In this document: positions 33,483-44,800 of the stretch, in pieces
Position numbering within the stretch: the stretch's first letter is position 1
How the letters are laid out: each line of letters opens with the position of its first letter
Assembly (NCBI GenBank): GCA_043228905.1
Contig: JBHGNT010000029.1
Span: 62,001 to 126,000 of the forward strand
Direction: 5' to 3'
DNA length: 64,000 nucleotides
DNA from: Azolla caroliniana
Taxonomy: Eukaryota > Plantae > Polypodiophyta
Notes under the pieces: generated by a model
The model's database searches: none
Told to the model about the DNA's origin: nothing
The model's input: the letters and a program-made list of their open reading frames with translations, nothing else
Program-made: the position numbers and the translations under genes

Positions 33483-36004
33483 GGTTTCGACACATGAGTT
33501 GGAGTTTTAGATGGGGGTTGATAGGGGGGTTTGTAAGAGTTGTGTGGGTTTGATTTATTATGTGGGTGGGTGGCTGGGGCAGATGGGTTAGAATTACAAA
33601 AAAGGGAAGGGGTATTAGATGTAAATAGGGAGGGGTTACTAACAGGAAAATGGAAAGGGGTATTAGACGTAAATGGGGAGGGGTTCTTATTTATATTATG
33701 TGGAAATAAGAGGGGGTTGCCGTGTGTGGAATTATTAGGAAAAGAGAGGGGGGTATGGGAGGAGTGTGTGAAAATATTGGGGGGGTTTGTGAAAATATTG
33801 AGGGGGTTTGGGGCTATATTAGAGATTGGGGAAGGGGCAAGACCAAAATTATACAAAATGTTAGGGGGGTAATTAGGGTGGGGATCATTACAAAAAAGGG
33901 GCATGGGGTTATGGAGGGGAATATTGGAAAGTAACGGGGGGGTATACAGAGAATTATTAAGAAGTGTAGGGGGAAGGTTTTGAGAGTGAGTGGGATATGG
34001 GTAAAGGGATGGGCTATGTTGTTGCCCTAGCGTAGGAGGAGGGAAAGAAAATTGAGGGGGAGAGGTATCGAGGGGCTTAGTATACGGAGGAGGGTTGGAG
34101 AGCAGAGGGGGAAGGTGAGAATGGGGGAGATGCTTTCTATTGTAGTCGAACGCAGGACCTGAGTTTGGGACAGCGTTATGGCCCGCCTGTGAATTAATCT
34201 CGTCCTGTTGTTGATGGCTATGTTGGGCCGACGAGAAACTAGCAGGTGCAGCCGAAGAGTAGAAGCTATGGACCAGAGACGGGGGTCCTCGGTGTGCAGC
34301 CTGTGACCAAGCATGTGTATGGTGGCTCGTGTCTCTGTGGCCATCGAAAAGTGATGATGGTGGTAGTTGATGGAGATCTCGTGGTGGATGATTAAAGTGG
34401 TTGATGTCCGTGTTGCCGCCGAAGAGTGATGATGGTGGTCGGTGTGGGTGATCTTGTGGTGGATGAAGCCAAGAACCTGTACGAAGGGAAGCATGTGTCG
34501 TGAAATTGGAGTTCGGGTTATGGTGGGGGTAGGCCGAGTTTATGTTAGGGCCTGCCGAAAGCTCGTTCGATCTATAGAAAAGTACTTGTGGGTTTTGATG
34601 GTTGAGGTTCGGGTTGATGCTAACTTCATTGTTATTCATGTTGCAGATGAATTGAGGATGGTCGCGGATGAAGTGAGGGTGGTTGCGGTGGTTGGATGGT
34701 CCGCGGTGGTTGCGGTGGTTGGATGGTCCGCGGTGAAAATGTGGTGGAGGAGGCTTCGGGTTTGCTGATGGAGGCCGAGGGTTAGGGTTTGGGTTAGTGT
34801 TAGGATTAGGGTTAGGGTTAGGGTGTGTTCTGAAATTAGGGTTAGGGTTAGGGTGTGTTCTGAAATTAGGGTTAGGGTTAGGGTTAGGGTTGGGTTCTTT
34901 TCTCAAGTTAGGGTTAGGGTTGGGTTTCGGGTTTGTTCTCAAGTTAGGGTTAGGGTTGGGATTCGGGTTTGTTCTCAAATTAGGGTTAGGGTTAGGGTTG
35001 GGCTTAGGGGTTGTTCTCAAATTAAGGTTAGGGTTAATTCTCGAGTTAGGATTATAGTCTTTATCTTTATACTGAAATTTATTATATTGTACTTTCTCAA
35101 AACTGTCGACAACTTTTTCAATATCATCTTCAATATCATCATCTGACTCCATATCTATGTCTATCTCTCTAATATGGTGCTTACTTGTGCTTTGAGTGTT
35201 CTCATTTAGTGATTGGGCTTTATCTTTTCTTTGCATAGCAGCAACTCTAAAGGCTTCCCTATAAGTGAATGAGAGAGCTATAGTATTACATTCTTTTAGA
35301 ATATTAGTTGCTAACTCTTCTTGGAAAATTTCAAGCTGTTTGCTAAATGAGTTTGGACTCGAATCGGATTCCTCTACTTCGTCAAAACAAACAGGGGCTT
35401 TTAGGAGATTAGCAATCTTGAGAATATCAGCTCGTACAGTCATAGGAAAATCATCTACTGTTTTTGTGTAGTAATGGACAAGACTATCTAAATGCTTGAC
35501 ATATGTGGTAGTGAGATCTTTACTATATTGTGTTGTGATGGAAGCAAACTCTAGTTGTAGGCTTTTATTTATATCTTCGTGCTCAATAATTAGTCTTGGG
35601 GGCTGGATTCTCAAGCTATGAGGGGCTATATTCTGAGAATTAAGGTTTGACATACGACTATATGTTTTTTTAGCTTTTTGAGCTTTTCGATAGAGGTTTT
35701 TAAACTCTGCGATTATTCTACACTTGTAATCTTCAAAGTGTTGGGAAATTAGCGGTGATTCATTGGAGATTACCTGGGTACTAGTAGTTTTTGCAGGGGT
35801 CGGAGTAGTTGAGACTATTGGAGCTCGCGGTCTTTTAGTTGGACGTTTGTTGGCGCTTCTAGGTTTCGTTGGGGTAGGTGTAGTGGAAGTAGCCGCTGCA
35901 AAAGTCATCATCTCTTGTGGAGGGAACTCGGCATTGAATGGTGATTCGATGCGAGTCGAACTATCACTATTATGGGTTCCAAACTCCGATGATAAGCCCT
36001 CCAT
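33470..36004 (-). CDS. Retroelement ORF1, unit 2
   Basis: Identical to unit 1 ORF1 except ESNSS>ESDSS; first ATG at 36004. Confidence 0.85.
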   Translation of the reverse strand: MEGLSSEFGTHNSDSSTRIESPFNAEFPPQEMMTFAAATSTTPTPTKPRSANKRPTKRPRAPIVSTTPTPAKTTSTQVISNESPLISQHFEDYKCRIIAEFKNLYRKAQKAKKTYSRMSNLNSQNIAPHSLRIQPPRLIIEHEDINKSLQLEFASITTQYSKDLTTTYVKHLDSLVHYYTKTVDDFPMTVRADILKIANLLKAPVCFDEVEESDSSPNSFSKQLEIFQEELATNILKECNTIALSFTYREAFRVAAMQRKDKAQSLNENTQSTSKHHIREIDIDMESDDDIEDDIEKVVDSFEKVQYNKFQYKDKDYNPNSRINPNLNLRTTPKPNPNPNPNLRTNPNPNPNPNLRTNPKPNPNPNLRKEPNPNPNPNPNFRTHPNPNPNFRTHPNPNPNPNTNPNPNPRPPSANPKPPPPHFHRGPSNHRNHRGPSNHRNHPHFIRDHPQFICNMNNNEVSINPNLNHQNPQVLFYRSNELSAGPNINSAYPHHNPNSNFTTHASLRTGSWLHPPQDHPHRPPSSLFGGNTDINHFNHPPRDLHQLPPSSLFDGHRDTSHHTHAWSQAAHRGPPSLVHSFYSSAAPASFSSAQHSHQQQDEINSQAGHNAVPNSGPAFDYNRKHLPHSHLPPLLSNPPPYTKPLDTSPPQFSFPPPTLGQQHSPSLYPYPTHSQNLPPTLLNNSLYTPPLLSNIPLHNPMPLFCNDPHPNYPPNILYNFGLAPSPISNIAPNPLNIFTNPPNIFTHSSHTPLSFPNNSTHGNPLLFPHNINKNPSPFTSNTPFHFPVSNPSLFTSNTPSLFCNSNPSAPATHPHNKSNPHNSYKPPYQPPSKTPTHVSKPKNV
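34779..35036 (+). repeat. (TTAGGG)n-rich coding minisatellite in ORF1, unit 2
   Basis: Same sequence as in unit 1. Confidence 0.9.
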
Positions 36005-36095
36005 AGAAAACACGATCTAGCTTTGTTTATTAACCGTAAGGTTGATACAAGGAGTGCGAGCGACTTTTAGCTATGGTAGATAATGTAATAGGAAA

Positions 36096-36248
36096 GGGTT
36101 TAGGGTTTCCGGATTAGGGTTTAGGGTTTTGGGATTAGGGTTTAGGGCTTCGGGATTAGGGTTTTGGGATTAGGGTTTTGGGTTTCGAGATTAGGGTTTC
36201 AGGATTAGGGTTTCGGGATTAGGGTTTCGGGATTAGGTCTAGGGTTTA
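36096..36248 (+). repeat. Degenerate telomere-like tract, unit 3
   Basis: Same sequence as in unit 1. Confidence 0.9.
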
Positions 36249-36286
36249 CATAGATAATGTAATAAGAAAAGATTCTAAGCACACAT

Positions 36287-36289
<3 letters not shown>

Positions 36290-36337
<48 letters not shown>
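36290..36337 (+). repeat. (GA)24 microsatellite in element 3' UTR
   Basis: Perfect dinucleotide run. Confidence 0.97.
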
Positions 36338-36339
<2 letters not shown>

Positions 36340-36368
36340 CAGGAAAATTCCATTAAAATAAAAGGAAA

Positions 36369-36427
36369 GACCTTATGCAGCAAACTAGTTTCGCTCTTTT
36401 AGGTAGAGCTCATCAGTGCAAAAGGTC
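36369..36427 (-). ncRNA. Type I hammerhead ribozyme motif, unit 3
   Basis: Identical to the unit 1 motif. Confidence 0.85.
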
Positions 36428-37088
36428 ATGTACATACAAAAGGTGGTTTATATAGGATGTTGAGGATGGGGAAGGGAGGAGAATGTATAATCATAGTGAG
36501 TGGGGTACAATAACAATGTAAATAGATGGAGGGCTGTAAGGTTTTAAGTTGGAAGATCTTGATGATAGAGGGGGTGGTGATATGGGGGGGGAAACAAAAT
36601 GGGCTGGTGAATGGAAGATTGATAGGGTGATAAGACAGATGAGGGAGTAGGAAAAGGTGAATAAGGGGAAATGAATGAGTGGTAGGGTGTGTAATTATAT
36701 GTAAATAAAAGAAAGAAGGGAAAGTTAAAGGAAGTTAATAAGAGGTATTAGGGAGAGGGGTTGAGGGAAGAGGGAAGAGAGAGAGTGTATAAAAAGGTAG
36801 TGAGAGGAAGAGGGGATGAGAAATGGAAAAAAAAGGTAGTGAGAGGAAGAGGGGATGAGAAATGGAAAAAAAGGGGGAGGGGGAGATGGAATATAGTTTT
36901 TAGTGAGATATAAGGGAAATATTGGGGGGGAAAAAAAGGGAGGGGGAGATAGAATATAGTTTTTAGTGAGATATAAGGGAAATATTGGGGGAAAAAAGTA
37001 GATGTGTGTGACTACAAAATAAAAGTAAGGGGGAAGGAGAGAGGAACAAGGAAAGGGGATAGATTAAATGAAGGGTGAGAAAATATGT

Positions 37089-38841
37089 TTATAGTGGCTC
37101 TAGGATGTTTTTAGTTTTTACTAGAAGGGAGTGGAGGTTTTTGGATTTAGTCCAACAAATAATGGGTTTAGGGATATGTTGTAGTTGGGGATCTAATTGG
37201 ATATCATAGTGTAGGTTAGTTAGTATTTTCTTAATAATTAGTGTGGGGGTATGGCGAGTATATCTAAGTTTAAAGATAGTGGGTGGGGTGGTCTTTTTAG
37301 TTTTTTCTTTGAAAAGGAGAGTGTGTCTAAGGGAGTAAGGGTGTTTTCGAAAGTTATTTAGAATAAAATGTGTGGGATAACCTCGGGCTCTAAGTCTCGT
37401 AAAGAATTTTTTTTGCATATTTAAATAACCTAGGGCCGTGCTTTCTCTAATCATATATCTTTTGAGTTCATTTGAAACAAAACTATTTTTAACATGTAGA
37501 GGGTGATTGGAGGAATAAGGGATGTATTGATATGTGTTAAGTGTTTTTTGAAAGCAATTAAAGGTGAATCTATTATTATCTAATCTAATCCAAAGGTCTA
37601 AAAAGGGTAGTTTCGTGTAAGAAGTGTGTATGGTTAGTTTTATAGAGTTTTGAGTAGAGTTACTATAGAAGTTTAGGTATTCGAGAAGTTGGATTTTAGT
37701 ACCAGTCCAGACGCCAAAGGCATCATCAATATACCTAGTGAAATAGAAAAGGTGGGGTGATGGATTGGAATTTTCTAGATATGAGAGGAAGAGACATGCA
37801 TACACGACGGAAAAATTACTACCCATGGCTGTTCCTTTTACCTGTTGATAAATTTGGTTGTTAAATTTAAGGAAGTGGTATTCTAAGGTGAGGGCACTAA
37901 GGGTGTAAATCAAATTGGTTTTTTGGTTAGAAAAGTGGGGGGCAATAAGGTTTTTTAGGGCAGAGAGTCCTAGTTTAGGTGGGATGCTAGGGTAGAGGGA
38001 TTCAACATCAAAAGAAAAAATGAAGCTATTGGGTGGTGTTATAAGTTGTTCTAAAGTTTGGACAAGGGAATGGGAGTCCCTAAGATACTGTTTTTGAACT
38101 AGAAGTATGGGGAGGAGTTGATGGTGAAGCCATTTAGACGTTTGTTCAAATAATGAACCGTTATATGAGCAAATCGGTCTATAGCTAACAGGACTTTTAT
38201 GTACTTTTGGCAAGAAGTACATATTAGGTATTGAGTAACCTTTAGGAGGTTTGTGTAGGATAAATTCTATTTCTATGAGAGATAAGATATTACGATTACA
38301 ATTGACTATGTCTTGTAGTCGACTTAAAAGTTCTTCTAATGGGAGACTATCAACTTTTTTATATGTAGTGATGTCGGATAAATGTTCTAGGGCTTTATCT
38401 AAGTATGTTTTTTTATCGAGGACACAAACTCCAATGTTTTTGTCCGCTGGTAGGATGGTTATTTTATTATTATTTTTAAGGCTAGTTATTGCTAATTGGA
38501 GGTGTAGTGGTATTTTGATATTAGGTAATATATTATCATGGAGGTTTGTGGAGAGAGAGATATTGTGTTTATGGAGTATAGATTCTAATGGTGGATATTT
38601 AGTAGGAGGGTTCCAATTCGGGTTGGGTAGTTTGAAGGGATTAGAGGGAGGAGAGTTGGATTTTCTAAAGAAATGTTTAAGTCTCAAGGATCTACTTAGG
38701 TTTTGGTATTCTTGAAGAATGGATTGGTTAGTAGGTGGGGGGCAAGGGGGTATAAACTTAAGTCCTAGGTTTAAAAGTTTCATTTCTAGTTTACTAAGGG
38801 TGTAACTTGAAAGATTATGAATTTTACTTTGTAAGATGGAA
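37089..38841 (-). pseudogene. 5'-truncated Penelope-like RT (unit 3); residual 564-aa ORF from an internal ATG at 38783
   Basis: Same RT sequence, cut at the satellite junction; lacks ORF1, the frameshift cassette and the RT N-terminal ~70 codons. Confidence 0.88.
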
Positions 38842-41800
38842 CATTAAGATCGGATATCACACGAGCCAGGTCTGACAATTTTAATTTACTCACGCGCTCT
38901 TTTCAACTCCCTCCTCTAATTTACTAATTTCTTCATGTCTCTCGACCTAAGTTTGAAAATCTTGATTTTCTAATTCCATATCATAGGTAGTGTTGTTAGC
39001 TTCGATTCGCATGTTTGAACACAAAATCCCGATATCAGACGAGCCAGGAATGACATTTTAATTTACTGGCGCGCTCTTCTTAACTCCCTCCTCTAATTTA
39101 CTAATTTCATCATGTCTCTCGACCTGAGTTTCAAAATCTTGATTTTCTAATTCCATATCATAGCTAGTGTTGTTAGCTTCGATTCGCATGTTTGAACAGA
39201 AAAATTCGATATCACAAGAGCCAGGTATGACAATTTTAATTTACTGACGCAATCTTCTCAACTCCCTCCTCTAATTTACTAATTTCATCATGTCTCTCGA
39301 CCTGAGTTTCAAAATCTTGATTTTCTAATTCCATATCGATATCACAAGAGCGAGGTATAACAATTTTAATTTACTGACGCAATCTTCTCAACTGCCTCCT
39401 CTAATTTACTAATTTCATCATGTCTCTCGACCTGAGTTTCAAAATCTTGATTTTCTAATTCCATATTATAGGTAGTCTTGTTACCTTCGATTCGCATGTT
39501 TGAACACAAAAATACTATATCACACGAGCCAGGTATGAACATTTTAATTTACTCACGCGCTCTTCTCAATTCCCTCCTCAAATTTGCTAATTTCTTCATG
39601 TCTCTCGACCAGAGTTTCAAAATCTTAATTTTCTAATTTCATATCATAGCTAGTGTTGTTAGCTTCGATTCGCATGTTTGAAAACTAAAATCTGATGTCA
39701 CACGAGCTAGGTATGACAATTTTAATTTACTGACGCAATCTTCTCAACTCCCTCCTCTAATTTACTAATTTCATCATGTCTCTCGACCTGAGTTTCAAAA
39801 TCTTGATTTTCTAATTCCATATCATAATTAGCGTTATTAGCTTCGATTCGCATGTTTGAACACTAAAATCCGATATCACACGAGCCAGGTATGACAATTT
39901 TAATTTACTAACGCGCTCTTCTCAACTTTCTCCTCTAATTTTCTAATTTCTTCATGTCTCTCGACCTGAGTTTTAAATTCTTGATTTTCTAATTCCATAT
40001 CGTAGCTAGTGTTGTTAGCTTCGATTCGCATGTTTGAACACTAAAATCCGATATCACACGAGCCACGTATAACAATTTTAATTTACTGATGCGCTCTTCT
40101 CAACTCCCTCCTCTAATTTACTAATTTCTTCATGTCTCTCGACCTAAGTTTGAAAATCTTGATTTTCTAATTCCATATCATAGGTAGTGTTGTTAGCTTC
40201 GATTCGCATGTTTGAACACAAAATCCCGATATCACACGAGCCAGGAATGACATTTTAATTTACTGGCGCGCTCTTCTTAACTCCCTCCTCTAATTTACTA
40301 ATTTCATCATGTCTCTCGACCTGAGTTTGAAAATCTTGATTTTTGAATTCCATATCATAGCTAGTGTTGTTAGCTTCGATTCGCATGTTTGAACAGAAAA
40401 ATTCGATATCACAAGAGCCAGGTATGACAATTTTAATTTACTGACGCAATCTTCTCAACTCCCTCCTCTAATTTACTAATTTCATCATGTCTCTCGACCT
40501 GAGTTTCAAAATCTTGATTTTCTAATTCCATATCGATATCACAAGAGCGAGGTATAACAATTTTAATTTACTGACGCAATCTTCTCAACTGCCTCCTCTA
40601 ATTTACTAATTTCATCATGTCTCTCGACCTGAGTTTCAAAATCTTGATTTTATAATTCCATATTATAGGTAGTCTTGTTACCTTCGATTCGCATGTTTGA
40701 ACACAAAAATACTATATCACACGAGCCAGGTATGAACATTTTAATTTACTCACGCGCTCTTCTCAATTCCCTCCTCAAATTTGCTAATTTCTTCATGTCT
40801 CTCGACCAGAGTTTCAAAATCTTAATTTTCTAATTTCATATCATAGCTAGTGTTGTTAGCTTCGATTCGCATGTTTGAAAACTAAAATCTGATGTCACAC
40901 GAGCTAGGTATGACAATTTTAATTTACTGACGCAATCTTCTCAACTCCCTCCTCTAATTTACTAATTTCATCATGTCTCTCGACCTGAGTTTCAAAATCT
41001 TGATTTTCTAATTCCATATCATAACTAGCGTTATTAGCTTCGATTCGCATGTTTGAACACTAAAATCCGATATCACACGAGCCAGGTATGACAATTTTAA
41101 TTTACTAACGCGCTCTTCTCAACTTTCTCCTCTAATTTTCTAATTTCTTCATGTCTCTCGACCTGAGTTTTAAATTCTTGATTTTCTAATTCCATATCGT
41201 AGCTAGTGTTGTTAGCTTCGATTCGCATGTTTGAACACTAAAATCCGATATCACACGAGCCACGTATAACAATTTTAATTTACTGATGCGCTCTTCTCAA
41301 CTCCCTCCTCTAATTTACTAATTTCATCATGTCTCTCGACCTGAGTTTCAAAATCTTGATTTTCTAATTCCATAACATAGCTAGTGTTGTTAGTTTCGAT
41401 TCGCATGTTTGAACACTAAAATCCGATATCACACGAGCCAGGTATGACAATTTTAATTTACTGACGCGCTCTTCTCAACTTTCTCCTCTAATTTTCTAAT
41501 TCCTTCATGTCTCTCGACCTGAGTTTCAAAATCTTGATTCTCTAATTCCATATCATAGCTAGTGTTGTTAGCTTCAATTCGCATCTTTGAACACTAAAAT
41601 CGGATATCACACGAGCCAGGTATGAACATTTTAATTTACTCCCGCGCTCTACTCAACTCCCTCCTCAAATTTGGTAATTTCTTTATGTCGCTCGACCTGA
41701 GTTTGAAAATCTTGATTTTTGAATTCCATATCTTAGCTAGTGTTAGGAGCTTCGATTTGCATGTTTGAACACAAAAAACCGATATCACACGAGCCAGGTA

Positions 41801-44800
41801 TGAACATTTTAATTTACTCACGCGCTCTTTTCAACTCCCTCCTCTAATTTACTAATTTCATCATGTGTCTCCACCTGAGTTACAAAATCTGTATTTTCTA
41901 ATTCGATATCATAGCTAGTGTTGTTAGCTTCGATTCGCATGTTTGAACACTAAAATCCGATATCACACGAGCCAGGTATGACAATTTTAATTTACTGACG
42001 CGTTCTTTTCAACTCCCTCCTCTAATTTACTAATTTCTTCATGACTCTCGACCTGAGATTCAAAATCTTGATTTTCTAATTCCATATCATAGCTAGTGTT
42101 GTTAGCTTCGATTCGCATGTTTGAACACAAAAATAGGATATCACACGAGCCAGGTATGACAATTTTAATTTACTCACGCGCTCTTCTCAACTCCCTCCTC
42201 TAATTTACTAATTTCTTCATGTCTCTGGACCTGAGTTTCAAAATCTGGATTTTTTAAGTTCATATCATAGCTAAAGTTGTTAGCTTCGATTGGCATGATG
42301 GAACATTGAAATCGGATATCACAATAGCCAGGTATGACAATTTTAATTTACTCACGCGCTCTTCTCAACTCCCTCCTCAAATTTGGTAATTTCTTCATGT
42401 CTCGCGACCTGAGTTTCAAAATCTTGATTTTTTATTACCATATCATAGCTAGTGTTGTTAGCATCGATTCGCATGTTTGAACACAAAAATAGGATATGAC
42501 ACGAGCCAGGTATGAACATTTTAATTTACTCCCGCGCTCTTCTCAACTCCCTCCTCAAATTTGGTAATTTCTTCATGTCGCTCGACCTCAGTTTGAAAAT
42601 CTCGATTTTTGAATTCCATATCATAGCTAGTGTTAGGAGCTTCGATTTGCATGCTTCGATATCACACGAGCCAGGTATGACAATTTTAATTTACTCACGC
42701 GCTCTTCACAACTCCCTCCTCTAATTTACTAATTTCATCATGTCTCTCAACCTGAGTTTCAAAATCTTTATTTTCTAATTCCATATCATAGCTTGTGTGG
42801 TTACCTTCGATTCGCATGTTTGAACACAAAAAGAGGATATCACACGAGCCAGGTATGACAATTTTAATTTACTCACGCGCTCTTCTCAACTCCCTCCTCT
42901 AATTTACTAATTTCTTCATGTCTCTCGACCTGAGTTTGAAAATCCAAATTTTTTAATTCCATATCATAGCTAGTGTTGTTAGCTTCGATTTGCATCGTTG
43001 AACACTAAAATCCGATATCACAATTTTAATTTACTCACGCGCTCTTCTCAACTCCCTCCTCAAATTTGGTAATTTCTTCATGTCTCTCGACCTGAGTTTC
43101 AAAATCTGTATTTTCTAATTCCATATCATAGGTAGTGTTGTTAGCTTCGATTCGCATGTTTGAACACAACAATCCGATATCACACGAGCTAGGTATGAAC
43201 ATTTTAATTTACTCACGCGCTCTTTTCAACTCCCTCCTCTAATTTACTAATTTCTTCATGTCTCTTGACCTGAGTTTCAAAATCTTGATTTTCTAATTCC
43301 ATATCATAGCTATTGTTGTTAGCTTCGATACACATGTTTGAACACTAAAATCCGATTTCACACGAACCACGTATGACAATTTTAATTTACTGACGCACTC
43401 TTGTCAACTTTCTCCTCTAATTTTCTAATTTCTTCATGTCTCTCGACCTGAGTTTCAAAATCTTGATTTTCTAATTCCATATCGTAGCTAGTGTTGTTAG
43501 TTTCGATTCGCGTGATGGAACACTAAGATCGAATATCACACGAGCCAGGTATGAACATTTTAATTTACTCACGCGCTCTTTTCAACTCCCTCCTCTAATT
43601 TACTAATTTCTTCATGTCTCTCGACCTAAGTTTGAAAATCTTGATTTTCTAATTCCATATCATAGGTAGTGTTGTTAGCTTCGATTCGCATGTTTGAACA
43701 CCAAAATCCGATATCACACGAGCCAGGTATGGCAATTTTAATTTACTGACGCACTCTTCTCAACTTTCTCCTCTAATTTTCTAATTTCTTCATGTCTCTC
43801 GACCTGAGTTTCAAAATCTTGATTTTCTAATTCCATATCGTAGCTAGTGTTGTTAGTTTCGATTCGCGTGATGGAACACTAAGATCGGATATCACACGAG
43901 CCAGGTCTGACAATTTTAATTTACTCAGGCGCTCTTTTCAACTCCCTCCTCTAATTTACTAATTTCTTCATGTCTCTCGACCTAAGTTTGAAAATCTTGA
44001 TTTTCTAATTCCATATCATAGGTAGTGTTGTTAGCTTCGATTCGCATGTTTGAACACAAAATCCCGATATCAGACGAGCCAGGTATGACATTTTAATTTA
44101 CTGACGCGCTCTTCTTAACTCCCTCCTCTAATTTACTAATTTCATCATGTCTCTCGACCTGAGTTTCAAAATCTTGATTTTCTAATTCCATATCATAGCT
44201 AGTGTTTTTAGCTTCGATTGGCATGTTTGAACAGAAAAATTCGATATCACAAGAGCGAGGTATAACAATTTGAATTTACTTACGCAATCTTCTCAACTGC
44301 CTCCTCTAATTTACTAATTTCATCATGTCTCTCGACCTGAGTTTCAAAATCTTGATTTTCTAATTCCATATCATAGCTAGTGTTGTTAGCTTCGATTCGC
44401 ATGTTTGAAAACTAAAATCTGATGTCACACGAGCTAGGTATGACAATTTTAATTTACTGACGCAATCTTCTCAACTCCCTCCTCTAATTTACTAATTTCA
44501 TCATGTCTCTCGACCTGAGTTTCAAAATCTTGATTTTCTAATTCCATATCATAACTAGCGTTATTAGCTTCGATTCGCATGTTTGAACACTAAAATCCGA
44601 TATCACACGAGCCAGGTATGACAATTTTAATTTACTAACGCGCTCTTCTCAACTTTCTCCTCTAATTTTCTAATTTCTTCATGTCTCTCGACCTGAGTTT
44701 TAAATTCTTGATTTTCTAATTCCATATCGTAGCTAGTGTTGTTAGCTTCGATTCGCATGTTTGAACACTAAAATCCGATATCACACGAGCCACGTATAAC

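Larger units (their letters stand above)
36023..38841 (-). mobile_element. EN-deficient Penelope-like retroelement, unit 3, 5'-truncated (3' UTR plus most of RT)
   Basis: Matches units 1 and 2 up to ...GTAAGATGGAA (38841), where satellite resumes. ORF1 and the RT N-terminus are absent. Confidence 0.92.
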
